The notes beneath the pieces were generated by a model, which was not told the DNA's origin, did no database searches, and saw only the letters and a list, made by a program, of their open reading frames with translations. The translations under genes were made by a program, and so were the position numbers. Shown piece after piece: positions 50,481-61,830 of a DNA stretch of 64,000 bases. The stretch's first letter is position 1, and the number at the start of each line of letters is the position of its first letter. Source of the stretch: Centroscyllium fabricii (taxonomy: Eukaryota); NCBI GenBank assembly GCA_051313645.2, contig JBNRSN020000005.1, positions 192,882,001-192,946,000 of the forward strand, read 5' to 3'.

Positions 50481-51865
50481 ACAGATACTGGTTATATTTT
50501 AAGATGACATTTCCATCCAGATATGCCGTTTGTGATCTTGATTGAGTGATAAATATTGGTTAGGACACGGTGACTAGATCCCCTGCTCTTTTCCGAAATA
50601 GCGGGTCCCCACTCGCTGTCAAAAAAGTTCCCACCCGATCCGCCACCAAATGCGATCACTGACTCCCCGAAATGATCCCCCAAAAGGCTGGGTTACTGCA
50701 TCAATAGACTTGGCGGTGCAGAAATTCAGAAGGTGAAGCATAAATCCAAATAGTTGCTCAGAGTGAGGTATAAATTCTAAAATGTACATTCGTTTATACA
50801 CATAACTAATGCCTATATCTGCATTAGAAAAAAACATAACAAACAGTAAAATGACAAAATCATGCCTGACATTTATTGAAGAATCAAAACAAAATGGAAT
50901 AAATTATGTTAAAATATAATGAAGGAGTTTAATTACAATCCACACATGTGAATAAACAATATTTCGTATTATATAACAAAACCAGGAAATATTTTAAATC
51001 CAATGTTCCCTTGTGTACATAAACTCCCAGAAGGTGTTATTTACACAGAACAGCACAATGTTCCGAGAACGGCAGCCGCTGTTTCTTCCGGGCAATGCTT
51101 CATGTTCAGCTTCCAGCAACAAATCGAGAGGGACTGAAGTCGGTCCTTGAACCCCTCGGGTCTGTTACACATTCAGTGAGATCATGACCCAACTATATTT
51201 CAATTCTATTTACCGCCTTCACTTCATCATCCATTGATGTCATCACCCAACCGAAATCTGTCCATCTCAGCTGTGACATTTCCAATTGTCCCCCAGCACC
51301 CCCAAACTTTTGGGGGAGACTGTTCCAGATTTCCACGACACTTTAGGGAAAATGTACTTTCTCATTTGACTGCTGAATGAGCTGACTCTAATTTAACAGC
51401 ACGCCCGTTTGTTATGGCATCCCCCAGCTATATTTCTGTGGGCCTTTGTAAACCATCTACGGGCCTGATGCACTTCAAACGGATTAAATAGTTAACTTAC
51501 TGTAACGCAAGTAACAACTCCGGCTATATTTCGGAATCTGAATCCCTAGGTTCCTAAAGGTTCCGGGCCACTGGAAATAGATTAAGTCTAAATAAACATT
51601 TCAGCGAAGGATCTGAAAACTGTAAATTATGTTATTAACAGCCCTCTGAATGGTAGCAAAATCGAGGTTGTTCAGTTCTCCGTCTGGCGCAGGTTCGAGT
51701 AGGGTCTGTGAGGAAACACCAGCGCATCTTAGGATCCGAGCGGGAGAGAGAACACCCGATTAGACCGGGAAAGGAAATGTAGGATTGTCCTGGGCGTGGG
51801 GAGTGAGTGTACAGGATGGACCATGAACGGAACTGATCCGAAACATGAAAATCATGAATTTGTTT

Positions 51866-52490
51866 TCACAACTTTACCTTTTTAATGTTCAGATTCCGCG
51901 GGTATTTCAAAGCTTTATAGAATTCCTCATTGAATTTACTCTGGGTCCCCGCAGAAATGGAGGTGTTCGTGCAACAGCTCAGGAGCTGTAGCATGTTCCC
52001 ACTTTCCTGTAAACTGAAGCTTGGGACATTGCGGATAGAACCTGTGGAAAAATTGTCGTTTGTAAATCGCAAATATAAGAAATTCACAACAAAGGTTGTC
52101 CATAACAGTATGAGACTGCCCGAGATGGTGAACAGTAAAACCATGGACTTTCTCCTGCTCCCCATCTCTGGGTCACTCTGATTCTCCCCATTGCTCTGGC
52201 CCAGGAGTCACCTGCGTGCTCTGCTGCCCGCTAGAATGGGTCTGACGGTCAGAGCATTGAGCAGTAACATCAGGAGTTACGGGGCACAGGCTTTCAAAAT
52301 ACGGTCAATCCAGTCAAACGCTGTCCATACAAGTTCAGTATAATGTTGCAATACCACGGGACATCGTTAATTGTATACAAAGGCTCATATACAAACGACC
52401 AGAGAAAGTTTTTTTACACCAGGCAGCGAGTGATACTTCTGGTGTGACCCCACCTTCCTCTGGACAGGATCACAATCGTCAGCAAGTTAC
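51866..52490 (-). pseudogene. GPR139-like GPCR pseudogene, exon 2
   Basis: Acceptor TTTGTATCAG, then (G)NLLTIVILSRG..ITRCLV, which jumps straight to KNFLW (TM2-TM4 deleted). Frameshifts follow, then ..RRKSMVLLFTISG..MLQLLSCCTNTSI..QSKF. Homologous to 25931-26832. Confidence 0.9.
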
Positions 52491-52526
52491 CTGATACAAA
52501 CAGAAGCAAGCAACCACTTTAATAAT

Positions 52527-54695
52527 TGTAAGAAGCCACACAACACCTGGTTATAGTCCAACAGTTTTATTTGAAGTCACAAGCTTTCGGAGCGCTGCTC
52601 CTTCATCAGGTGAAGTGAAGAGATGCATATAGGCACAGCATATATAGTCAGAAAACAATGCTAGATGATTACAGGTAATTTTTCTAACCACTTTATCACA
52701 CCTCGGCAGAGAGATTTTCACCACAAGCATAGCTGTAAATGGTTTCCAAACAGGTCAGTCAGCAAAAGATTCCATCAAAGAACAATGAGGTGGAGTCACA
52801 AGAGATCAAATGTTGCACATGCTGTATGAAAATAAAAAAACAAACAAAGCAATTAAAAATAAAATGAAAGAAAAATATTTTGCTGGCAATGTTTTGTTAA
52901 AGAAGCCACTCACTAACGACAAACACTGCGAATACACAGGATCTGCTCAGACGAGGAGGAGCGCGATGGACACCTACAGACACTGAAGGATACCCTCATA
53001 TGAATGGGATATGACATTCAACTCATCGATCGACAGATCCGACGGGCCACAGTGAAAAATCTCATTAGCCTCCTCAGAAAACAAAGACGGGACACAATCA
53101 ACAGAGTACCCTTCGTCATCCAGTACTTCCCCAGAGCAGAGAATCTACGCCATGTTCTTCGCAGCCTTCAACATGTAATCGATGATGACAAACACCTCAC
53201 TAATGCCATTCCCACACTTCCACTATTCATCTTCAAACAGCCGTCTAACCTCAAACAGACCATTGTTCGCAGCAAATTACCCAACTCTCAGGAGAACAGC
53301 AACCACGACACCACACAACCCTGCCACGGCAACCTCTGCAACACATGCCAGATCATCAACACAGATACCATTATCACACGTGAGGACACCACTCACCAGG
53401 TATATGGTGCGTACTCATGTAACTCGGCCAACGTTGTCTACCACATACGCTGCAGGGAAGGATGGCCTGGAGCATGGTGCATCGGTGAGAACATGCAGAC
53501 ACTGCGACAATGGATGAACAGATGGGCCACAGCGAAAATTCTCATTTGCCTCCTCAGAAGACAAAGACGGGACACAATCAACAGAGTACCCTTCGTCGTC
53601 CAGTACTTCCCCGGAGCGGAGAATCTACGCCATGTTCTTCGCAGCCTTCAACATGTAATTGATGATGACAAACACCTCACTAATGCCATCCCCACACCTC
53701 CACTACTCGTCTTCAAACAGCCGCCTAACCTCAAACAGACCATAGTTCGCAGCAAAGTACCCTACTTTCAGGAGAACAGCAACCACGACACCACACAACC
53801 CTGCCACGGCAACCTCTGCAAGACATGCCAGTTCATCAACACAGATACCATTATCACACATGAGGACACCACTAACCAGGTATATGGTGCGTACTCATGT
53901 GACTCGGCCAACGTTGTCTACCACATACGCTGGAAGGAAGGATGGCCTGGAGCATGGTGTATCGGCGAGAACATGCAGACACTGCGACAATGGATGAACA
54001 GACATCGCACAACAATCACCAGGCAAGAGTGTTCCCTCCCAGTCGGGGAACACTTCAGCAGTTAAAGACATTCAGCCTCCGATCTTCGGGTAAGCATTCT
54101 CCAATTTGGCCTTCGAGACACACGACAACAGAAAATCATCGAGCAGAAACTGATAGCCAAGTTCCACACTCATGAGGACGGTCTCAACCGGCATATTAGC
54201 TTCATGTCATGCTACATGTAACACCACCTGAAGTAGAGTCATCCAGACTCGAGTCGTTGTTGGCTTGTTCTCTCCACACAGATGCAGCTGGACCTGCTGC
54301 GATTTCCAGCAAAACATTTTTATTTCATTTTATTGTTTATTGCTTTGTTTGTTTTTTGTTTTTCATACAGCATGTGCAACATTTGACCTCGTGTGACCCC
54401 ACCGCATTGTTCCTTGATGGAAGATTTTGCTAACTGACCTGTTTGGACACCATTTACACCTATGAATCTGGTGATTATCTCTCTGCCGAGGTGTGATAAA
54501 GGGCAGTTAGAAAAATTACCTGTAATCATCTAGAATTTTTTTCTGACTATATATGCTGTGCCTATGTGCATCTCTGAGGAAGGAGCAGCGCTCCGAAAGC
54601 TTGTGATTTCAAATAAAACTTTTGGACTATAACCTGGTGTTGTGTGACTTCTTACATTTGTCCACCCCAGTCCAACACCGGCACCTCCACATCAT
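52527..54695. mobile_element. Penelope-like element with long inverted termini and duplicated GIY-YIG region
   Basis: ~360-bp inverted arms (52527-52890 and 54302-54659). ORF 53004-54065 has a 480-bp tandem duplication of the C-terminal region (NVVYHIRC..WCIGE). Probable TSD TTTAAT(A/C)AT. Confidence 0.85.
52577..52613 (-). ncRNA. Minimal type I hammerhead ribozyme motif
   Basis: UCAC-CUGAUGA-A-GGAGC-AGC-GCUCC-GAAA-G-CUU-GUGA. Stem I is UCAC/GUGA, stem II is 5 bp, and stem III is the palindrome AGCU. Confidence 0.75.
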
Positions 54696-55025
54696 GATTT
54701 TAATCATTCAGCGGGCGGCGCACAAAAGCAGCTTTACAGGATATTTAATCACTGATTTTTGTCCAAAGATGGAACCACTTCCCTTAGATTTAAAGGGACA
54801 CATGAGCCAACAGGATCGGGAGATAATGTTTAACACCTCATCTGGCAATGCTGCTCTCAGTACCACACTGAAGAGTCGGTGTAGATTGGGAACTCATATT
54901 CTGAAGTGGCAGACTGACATTCTTCCCTCTGAGTACACAGATTACGATGCAGGAAACCTACCACGAACATTCACTCTATCTAGAATTAAACAAAATATAC
55001 ATGGAAACACATATTGATACTGATA

Positions 55026-55418
55026 GGGGCAGCACGGTGGCATAGTGGTTAGCACTGTTGTCTCACAGCACTGGAGACCTGGGTTCAAATCCAGCCTCGG
55101 GTACTATCTGTGTGGAGTTTGCACATTCTCCCCGTGTCTGCGTGGGTTTCCTCCGGGTGCTCCGGTTTCCTCCCACAGTCCAAAGATGTGCGGGTTAGGT
55201 TGATTGGCCAGGATAAATTGACCCTTAGTGTTAGGGGGATTGGATATGTGGGGTTACGGGGATAGGGTGGGATATGTGTCGGTGCGGGATTGAGGGATAT
55301 GGGGACAAGGCAGGGACAGGGTACTGGGTTTGGATGATCAGCCATGATCACATTGAATGGCGGAGCAGGCTCGAAGGGCCGAATGGCCTACTCCTGCTCC
55401 TATCTCTATGTTTCTATG
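55026..55418 (+). mobile_element. HE1-like SINE, full length, intronic
   Basis: GGGGCAGCACGGTGGCATAGTGGTTAGC (box A), GGTTCAAATCC (box B), core, CR1 tail and CTATGTTTCTATG. Confidence 0.92.
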
Positions 55419-55700
55419 ATAACATTATGGAAGCACTGGTCTGTATGTGGAATCGCCGGTTCAAATTGCTTGTGAATGATAAGAAATCCATCATACTTTT
55501 TCTGTTCCGAAATAAATTGTTACCGCTTGTGAAAGATCGCATTAAACAAACAGAGGGAAGGCAACAAACAGTGTGCATTCAACCGATAGCATCCACCTGC
55601 TGACCGCAGGTAATGAATGTGCTGTGGCCAATTACAGAGGGAGAACACCGAGGCAGATCACACTGATCTGTACAACGAAGAACCTGTCGTGGTTCCTTAC

Positions 55701-55773
55701 CTGGAACACCAATAATTGCCAGAACAGGACAGTAAATGGCGTAACCTATGCCTGTCACTTGTCCATGCAGCAT
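55701..55773 (-). pseudogene. GPR139-like GPCR pseudogene, exon 1
   Basis: ATG-initiated MLHGQVTGIGYAIYCPVLAIIGVP-G|GTAAG. The phase-1 donor joins in frame to the acceptor at 52490 to give GVPGNLLTIVIL (TM1). Confidence 0.88.
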
Positions 55774-56219
55774 GTATCAGAGGCCCGGGTCCCTCTGCAA
55801 GCTTCAGACAGCCCTATCACACTGTGCAATATGCAAAGTCTCCCTTATTATAATTTTTGGAAACCCCTTGGTGAGACACTTAGGTCTCATCGCCCATGGC
55901 ACAAACGCATTAATTTACATAATCATTAATGTAAAACAGCATATCAAACAAACAGATTGCGTTGCCTGGTTTTACTCTCTTTTTCCACAGTACATATGAA
56001 ACTTAGATCATTTGTTTTAAAAAGAAACATCCAAGACCACAATATTAGTTCAATAGAACGAGTCACAATATAGATGCAAACTGGTGTTTGCATTGTTCTC
56101 AATAAATTGTAATTCTCAGGTTATATTTTATATTCGTTTCTAGGATGTGTGCAGCGCTGATAAGGCCGCATCTGCTGCCCAACCTTCGCTGACTTGAAAG
56201 GTTGCATTCAGTGGTTACT

Positions 56220-57560
56220 CATCACAATCGTGGTCAATGATCTGGATGAACATCGGTGGATCTACCCACAACTCCGCGATGGTGGGATTGTGTGGGTGTT
56301 CGGACTTCAGATGAGAATACTAAACTCCAAGCAGATCTAGATGCGGTGGGGGAATGGGCCCACATCTGGCAGATGTAATTTAACATCGATACATGTAGCG
56401 TGAATCACGTGGGTGTGGCCAACGCCAGTCCCGTGTGCACCAGGCTGGGCTGTGCGCTGCAGGACATGGGCCTGGGTGTTATAGGACCCACGCCAGACTC
56501 GTGTACACCAGGCTGTGTTGCATGGTCAATGGAAAGAACCTGGGTATTGTTGGTGAAAAATGAATTCACTCCAGTCTGTGCTGATGAGTAAATCAAACAA
56601 TTTATTAAAGTTCAGAGCTCTGAAGACAAGCGCCAAGACCCTACCTGGACTGTGACTCCGACTTCTCAATCAGCCTTTGTAATTACAGTCTTTTATACAA
56701 AAATCATCCAATCACATTGTAACAAAAAATCACATGATCATAAGTAGTTCACTTACATCATTTAAACTAAAAATGAATTAGTTACACACAGAAATGAGAA
56801 AAGCTCAAAACACACATTGATAAGGGGCTGGGTAGATAAGCGAATTTAATTAACTAGAGACATTTTAAAGGGTCATTCCACGAGGTCACAGGCCTTATCT
56901 CTGTTAATTGTATCTTTCTGCAAGCTGGCTTGATTAACTGTTGACCTTTGACTTTCCTGTTATGTCTTTACAAAACTAAAAACTACTATATATTATCTGC
57001 AAGCAATGACTAATTTCGTATGTCAAGCAATTACTCGTACTCTGCAAGCAATGCCAATTAGTGAAGCCTTTTTCTATCTTCTCTTTCCCATGGTCGTCCA
57101 TTAAATTGTACAATCTATTTGTTTCAAGCTGTCCTTGGGTTGTTGCCCGCCAGCTCTGCCTTTTTGTGCGCAACCCCACTCCCTTCACCTACAAGAGAAT
57201 TGAAATTCCAATTCAGCAGAAGAGTTTAGCTTTCAACATTAACCCTTTCACTATTATAGGGAATGTACGCAAATCTGGCCAATTTAAATTATTATCGACA
57301 GATGCAATGCCAAGTACGTGGGTAGGACCAATGCCAGTAACGTGTGAACCAAGCAGAATTATGTGCTTAAGGTGACAGCCATGGGTATTATAGGGGCATT
57401 GCCAAACAGCTGTAAATCAGGCAGGGTATGTCCTCAAGGTGGCTCAACTGGAGATGGCCCTGGTGTTATTGGGCCCGTGTCATTCACGTGTACAACAGGC
57501 AGGGTTGCGTGTTCAAGCCTGCTGAAAGGGTGAGCACTATGTATTATCAGCTCAGAGCCA
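56220..57560 (+). mobile_element. Ancient CR1-type LINE remnant hosting a solo LTR
   Basis: Remnants of QADLDAVGEWAHIWQM*FN and ERNLG. Confidence 0.45.
56548..57250 (-). mobile_element. Solo LTR (ERV-like)
   Basis: The minus strand runs TGAAAGGG...CCAACA (703 bp), with TATAAAA at ~56691-56697 and AATAAA at ~56600-56605. Flanks GTAT/CTAT form a near 4-bp TSD. Confidence 0.65.
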
Positions 57561-58614
57561 GTCACATGTACGCCAGGTTGATCCATATTTTAGCCTCCCC
57601 CAGTAGATTTAATATTGCATTGATTAGGTTGGTGGATTGACGTCAACATTTGCAGAAGTTACATCATTACAGCAAATTTGAACGTCGGTGGATCAACTGT
57701 TTTTAGTCCAATGCTTCCTTTCATTCTCTGGCTCACAGGAATCAGAGAATGAAATCTTCACATATTCAATTCAATTCAATTCAATTCAAATTGCTTTATT
57801 GGCATGACAAGATACATCCTATGTTGCCAAAGCACAGAAAAAGAACATATACAGTTGGACATACAAATGCATAACCAGACGTATTGAATAAATAACTATG
57901 CATACACATACACATAAAAACCCGCATATAGATCTAAAAAGAACATATACAATTGGACATACAAATGCATAACCAGACGTATTGAATGAATAGCTATGCA
58001 AACACATACATATATACCCGCATATAGAGCTTGTATGCTCTTCCTAGCTTCAATGGTCACTGGTTGTCCCTCTGCTTATGGCAAGCTGTGACGTAGTTTG
58101 CCGCTAATTTTATACAGTCCCTCTGTTCCCCCAATAGATATGGGAGTTTTTGGTGGTCGTTCAAATTTTTGAATTCAGGGCATGTTGTTGCAAATTTTGG
58201 GAAGAAATTTCCCCTTATTCCCTGATAGTTTTCGCAAGTTGTGAGGAAGTGCAGCTCTGTCTCCGCCACTCCCTGACTGCAGTGGGAGCACAGCCTTTCC
58301 TCTCTGGGCAGCCAAGTCTTTCTGTGTCTGCCTTTTTCGATGGCTAGGCTGTGCTCGCTAAGTCTGTACATTGTCAGGGTTTTTCTCAGTTTGCTATCTT
58401 TCACCATGGACAGGTAATCAGCCATGGTGTACTGTCTGTTTAGGGCCAAATAACAATCTAGTTTGTTTTGGGTTTTTGTCATTTCTGTCCAGTAATTCAA
58501 GTATTTTTCTTTTTGTTTAGTAATAATTGTGTTGGGTCGGATTCTGAGTGCTAGGACGTCACTGTCCTGGGGCTGGTTGTTACCAGTAGTGTTAGTAGTT
58601 ACTCCGCTAAGTTG

Positions 58615-61600
58615 TGTCATGGATTGGACTGTTCCTTTAAGTGTCTAGATGTTTTCTTTCCTGTTTATTGGACTGTTCCTTTAAGTTTCTAGATGTTTCC
58701 TTTCTGTTTATTGGGTTATGGCTTCATATCATGTCCTTCACTGGATTGGCCGGATCCAATTAAACAATTAAGCTGGAGCTGGTTTTAAGCTTCCAGCTGG
58801 CACTTGATCTTTGCCAGTTCATTAGTTTCTGGTACTAGAGAGAGTGAGAGTTCTGTTTTGCTATACCTATTCTCATGTCACTGGTTGAAGTGTTCAGTGT
58901 TGCCGTATCCTGTTACTGGTAGATTATATTGTGTTCTATTCCAGTCGTTTTTGGATTACCAGTTTTCGGTCGATTTGGATTTACTTGCTGTACTCGGAAC
59001 AAAGATTCATCTCCTCTGGACTGTGAATTACTGGGAGTACCTCCGCACCTGGCTTTGGGCCTTGTTACTACAACCTCCTGAACTTGGGTTTGGACTTGTG
59101 AATTGCTGTTTACCGGCACTCGGGATTATTGACTATTTCATTCATTGTTATTGCACTGTGGTTAATGCTTTCTGTATATTGTTATATTCATATGTTTTGA
59201 TACTTAGGAATAAAGGCACTTTATTTCTACTAGACAGACTTCGGTGTTCTGCATTTGGGTCCTACCCGAACCCTCACAGAACGAACTGGCCAATTATGGA
59301 CCCAGCGGAGACACCGAAGCGTCTGGCACGAATCGAGGACACCCTAGCACAACTAGGTCAGGTCTTGGGGGAAATGATTTCCAAAAATTGCACTCAGATG
59401 GAGCAGTTAACCATCGCCTGGAATCAGCGGGTAGCGTCGGATTCGGCAGGGGTCTCGCTACCATCACCCTCGAATCCAGAGGGGCTGGCACCCATGCCTC
59501 AACTAATAGCTCCCGCACTCGAACCCCGTGTCAGGGTACCAGAACGATATGCCGGTGAACCCGAGCAGTGTGAGCCTTTTCTCACAAGCTGCTCCATACT
59601 GTTTTCGTTGCAGCCCCACACCTTTGCCAATGAGAAGACAAGGGTGGCTTTTGTAATAAATCACCTCACAGAAAGAGCCCGGCTTTGGGGAACCGCCGAG
59701 TGGGAGAGAAATACTCAGGCTTGTTCTTCTTTCGAGGCGTTCTCCACCGAATTAAGAAGGGTGTTTGGCAAGGTGAGATTTGACTCTGAAGCAGCTCAGG
59801 GACTCATGAGTCTGAGCCAGGGAAACCAGACAGTGGCTGATTACGCTATTAATTTTCGAATCCAGGCTCGTCGGAGTGATTGGAATCAGGCTGCATTACG
59901 GGAGGTTTTTCTTCATGGTCTGGCTGAATATATCAAGGATGACCTGGTCTCCTACAATCTTCCCCCCACCTTAGAAGAACTCATTTATCTTTCCACCAGG
60001 ATCGATCTTCGGATCCAGGCGCGCCGACGTGAGAGACGACTGGGAACGTCTGGTCGACATCCTCCAAGTCGGAATCCAGAGGTATTCATGACACCCAGGG
60101 AGACTGCGATAGCAAGGTCAGAGCGAGTGGGCCCCGAACCAATGCAATGGGGTCGCACTCAAGGGAGATTCGGGGTGCCCAGAGATACTGTGACAGCAGG
60201 GGTGGAACCAGGGGGTCCAGAGCCTATGCAGGTGGGTCGCACCAGTCTTCGGATGGCAAGGTATAAGGGACCGCACTCACCAATCAATGGAGTCGTAATG
60301 ATGAGCCGAACTCCTGATGGACTCTCTCCCAACCCACGACCCTTGTGTCAAGCAAAATTTCTTCTCCCCAGAGGATCCCAGACTCTCGTCATCTGTATTG
60401 ACTCTGGAGCGGACATTAATATCATTGATGAGGATCTGGTCACGCAACTGGAGATTGACCGGGAGCCACTGCCACAGCCGTTTCCTGTCCACACCTTAGA
60501 TGGCCATCTCTTGGGAACAGTGACACACCAGACCTCACCTGTTCTGATGCTTCTGTCTGGGGATCATCAGGAGAGTATTCAATTCCACATCTTGCGATCA
60601 CCTCAGATTCCGTTAATTCTGGGACACGCTTGGCTTCGCCGCCACAACCCACACATTGATTGGAACACAGGAGATATTTCGGGCTGGAGCCTTTTCTGTC
60701 ACCAGGTCTGTCGGAGACGGTCTCAGACTTCGGTGCTTCGCTCAGCGGACCGAGACCCGCCTGCTGCCAACCATAGTCGTTCTGGGTCTCCTGAGAAGCA
60801 GGTTGGGCAGAAGGGGTATGGTCCAGCGGAGAGGCCCTGTTTTCCTGCTCACGATATAAGGGATATGCAACCCATTAACGACTCTCACGGGAGCCACCCC
60901 GACCAGCCAGATAAGAGGACTATGACTCATGAGGAGCCTGGGCAAGTGATCGGATCCATACAGTTACAGGAGAGCCTGGCCGAGGAGGAGGAACCTGATG
61001 ATGAGTGGGAATCTGCTGATGAAAAGGATTCTTTTCAGTCAGATTATGAGACGGACATAGAGGAGTGCTTCGAGGACTATTGGTCCTCCTCCGCACCCAT
61101 TTACCCGCCCGATCCGGCATTTGAGGCTTTGGGACGTCAGGAGTCGCCCCCTTAAGGGGGGGGTTCTGTCATGGATTGGACTGTTCCTTTAAGTGTCTAG
61201 ATGTTTTCTTTCCTGTTTATTGGACTGTTCCTTTAAGTTTCTAGATGTTTCCTTTCTGTTTATTGGGTTATGGCTTCATATCATGTCCTTCACTGGATTG
61301 GCCGGATCCAATTAAACAATTAAGCTGGAGCTGGTTTTAAGCTTCCAGCTGGCACTTGATCTTTGCCAGTTCGTTAGTTTCTGGTACTAGAGAGAGTGAG
61401 AGTTCTGTTTTGCTATACCTATTCTCATGTCACTGGTTGAAGTGTTCAGTGTTGCTGTATCCTGTTACTGGTAGATTATATTGTGTTCTATTCCAGTCGT
61501 TTTTGGATTACCAGTTTTTGGTCGATTTGGATTTACTTGCTGTACTCGGAACAAAGATTCATCTCCTCTGGACTGTGAATTACTGGGAGTACCTCCGCAC

Positions 61601-61830
61601 CTGGCTTTGGGCCTTGTTACTACAACCTCCTGAACTTGGGTTTGGACTTGTGAATTGCTGTTTACCGGCACTCGGGATTATTGACTATTTCATTCATTGT
61701 TATTGCACTGTGGTTAATGCTTTCTGTATATTGTTATATTCATATGTTTTGATACTTAGGAATAAAGGCACTTTATTTCTACTAGACAGACTTCGGTGTT
61801 CTGCATTTGGGTCCTACCCGAACCCTCACA
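58615..61830 (+). mobile_element. Young non-autonomous Sushi-type LTR retrotransposon (gag-protease only)
   Basis: 664-bp LTRs at 58615-59278 and 61167-61830 (TG..CA, 3 differences seen), 5-bp TSD AGTTG, and PPT AAGGGGGGGG before the 3' LTR. Confidence 0.95.
59296..61155 (+). CDS. Gag-aspartic protease-acidic tail fusion ORF (619 aa)
   Basis: Starts MDPAET; capsid-like PERYAGEP..LSQGNQTVADYAINF..FLHGLAEYIKD; protease IDSGADINII..LILGHAWLRRHNPHIDW. No RT, RNase H or integrase core. Confidence 0.85.
   Translation: MDPAETPKRLARIEDTLAQLGQVLGEMISKNCTQMEQLTIAWNQRVASDSAGVSLPSPSNPEGLAPMPQLIAPALEPRVRVPERYAGEPEQCEPFLTSCSILFSLQPHTFANEKTRVAFVINHLTERARLWGTAEWERNTQACSSFEAFSTELRRVFGKVRFDSEAAQGLMSLSQGNQTVADYAINFRIQARRSDWNQAALREVFLHGLAEYIKDDLVSYNLPPTLEELIYLSTRIDLRIQARRRERRLGTSGRHPPSRNPEVFMTPRETAIARSERVGPEPMQWGRTQGRFGVPRDTVTAGVEPGGPEPMQVGRTSLRMARYKGPHSPINGVVMMSRTPDGLSPNPRPLCQAKFLLPRGSQTLVICIDSGADINIIDEDLVTQLEIDREPLPQPFPVHTLDGHLLGTVTHQTSPVLMLLSGDHQESIQFHILRSPQIPLILGHAWLRRHNPHIDWNTGDISGWSLFCHQVCRRRSQTSVLRSADRDPPAANHSRSGSPEKQVGQKGYGPAERPCFPAHDIRDMQPINDSHGSHPDQPDKRTMTHEEPGQVIGSIQLQESLAEEEEPDDEWESADEKDSFQSDYETDIEECFEDYWSSSAPIYPPDPAFEALGRQESPP

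Noticed and set aside
57838-58028. ~98-bp direct repeat, and the 39-bp duplication around the LTR insertion site
   Set aside because: These are local duplications inside the RTE-X LINE; the true LTR TSD is the 5-bp AGTTG.
58804-59295. 164-codon hydrophobic N-terminal extension of the 783-aa ORF (repeated at 61356-61883)
   Set aside because: It lies inside the LTR and begins at a non-ATG codon. The family-typical start is MDPA at 59296, so this is probably an incidental open frame.
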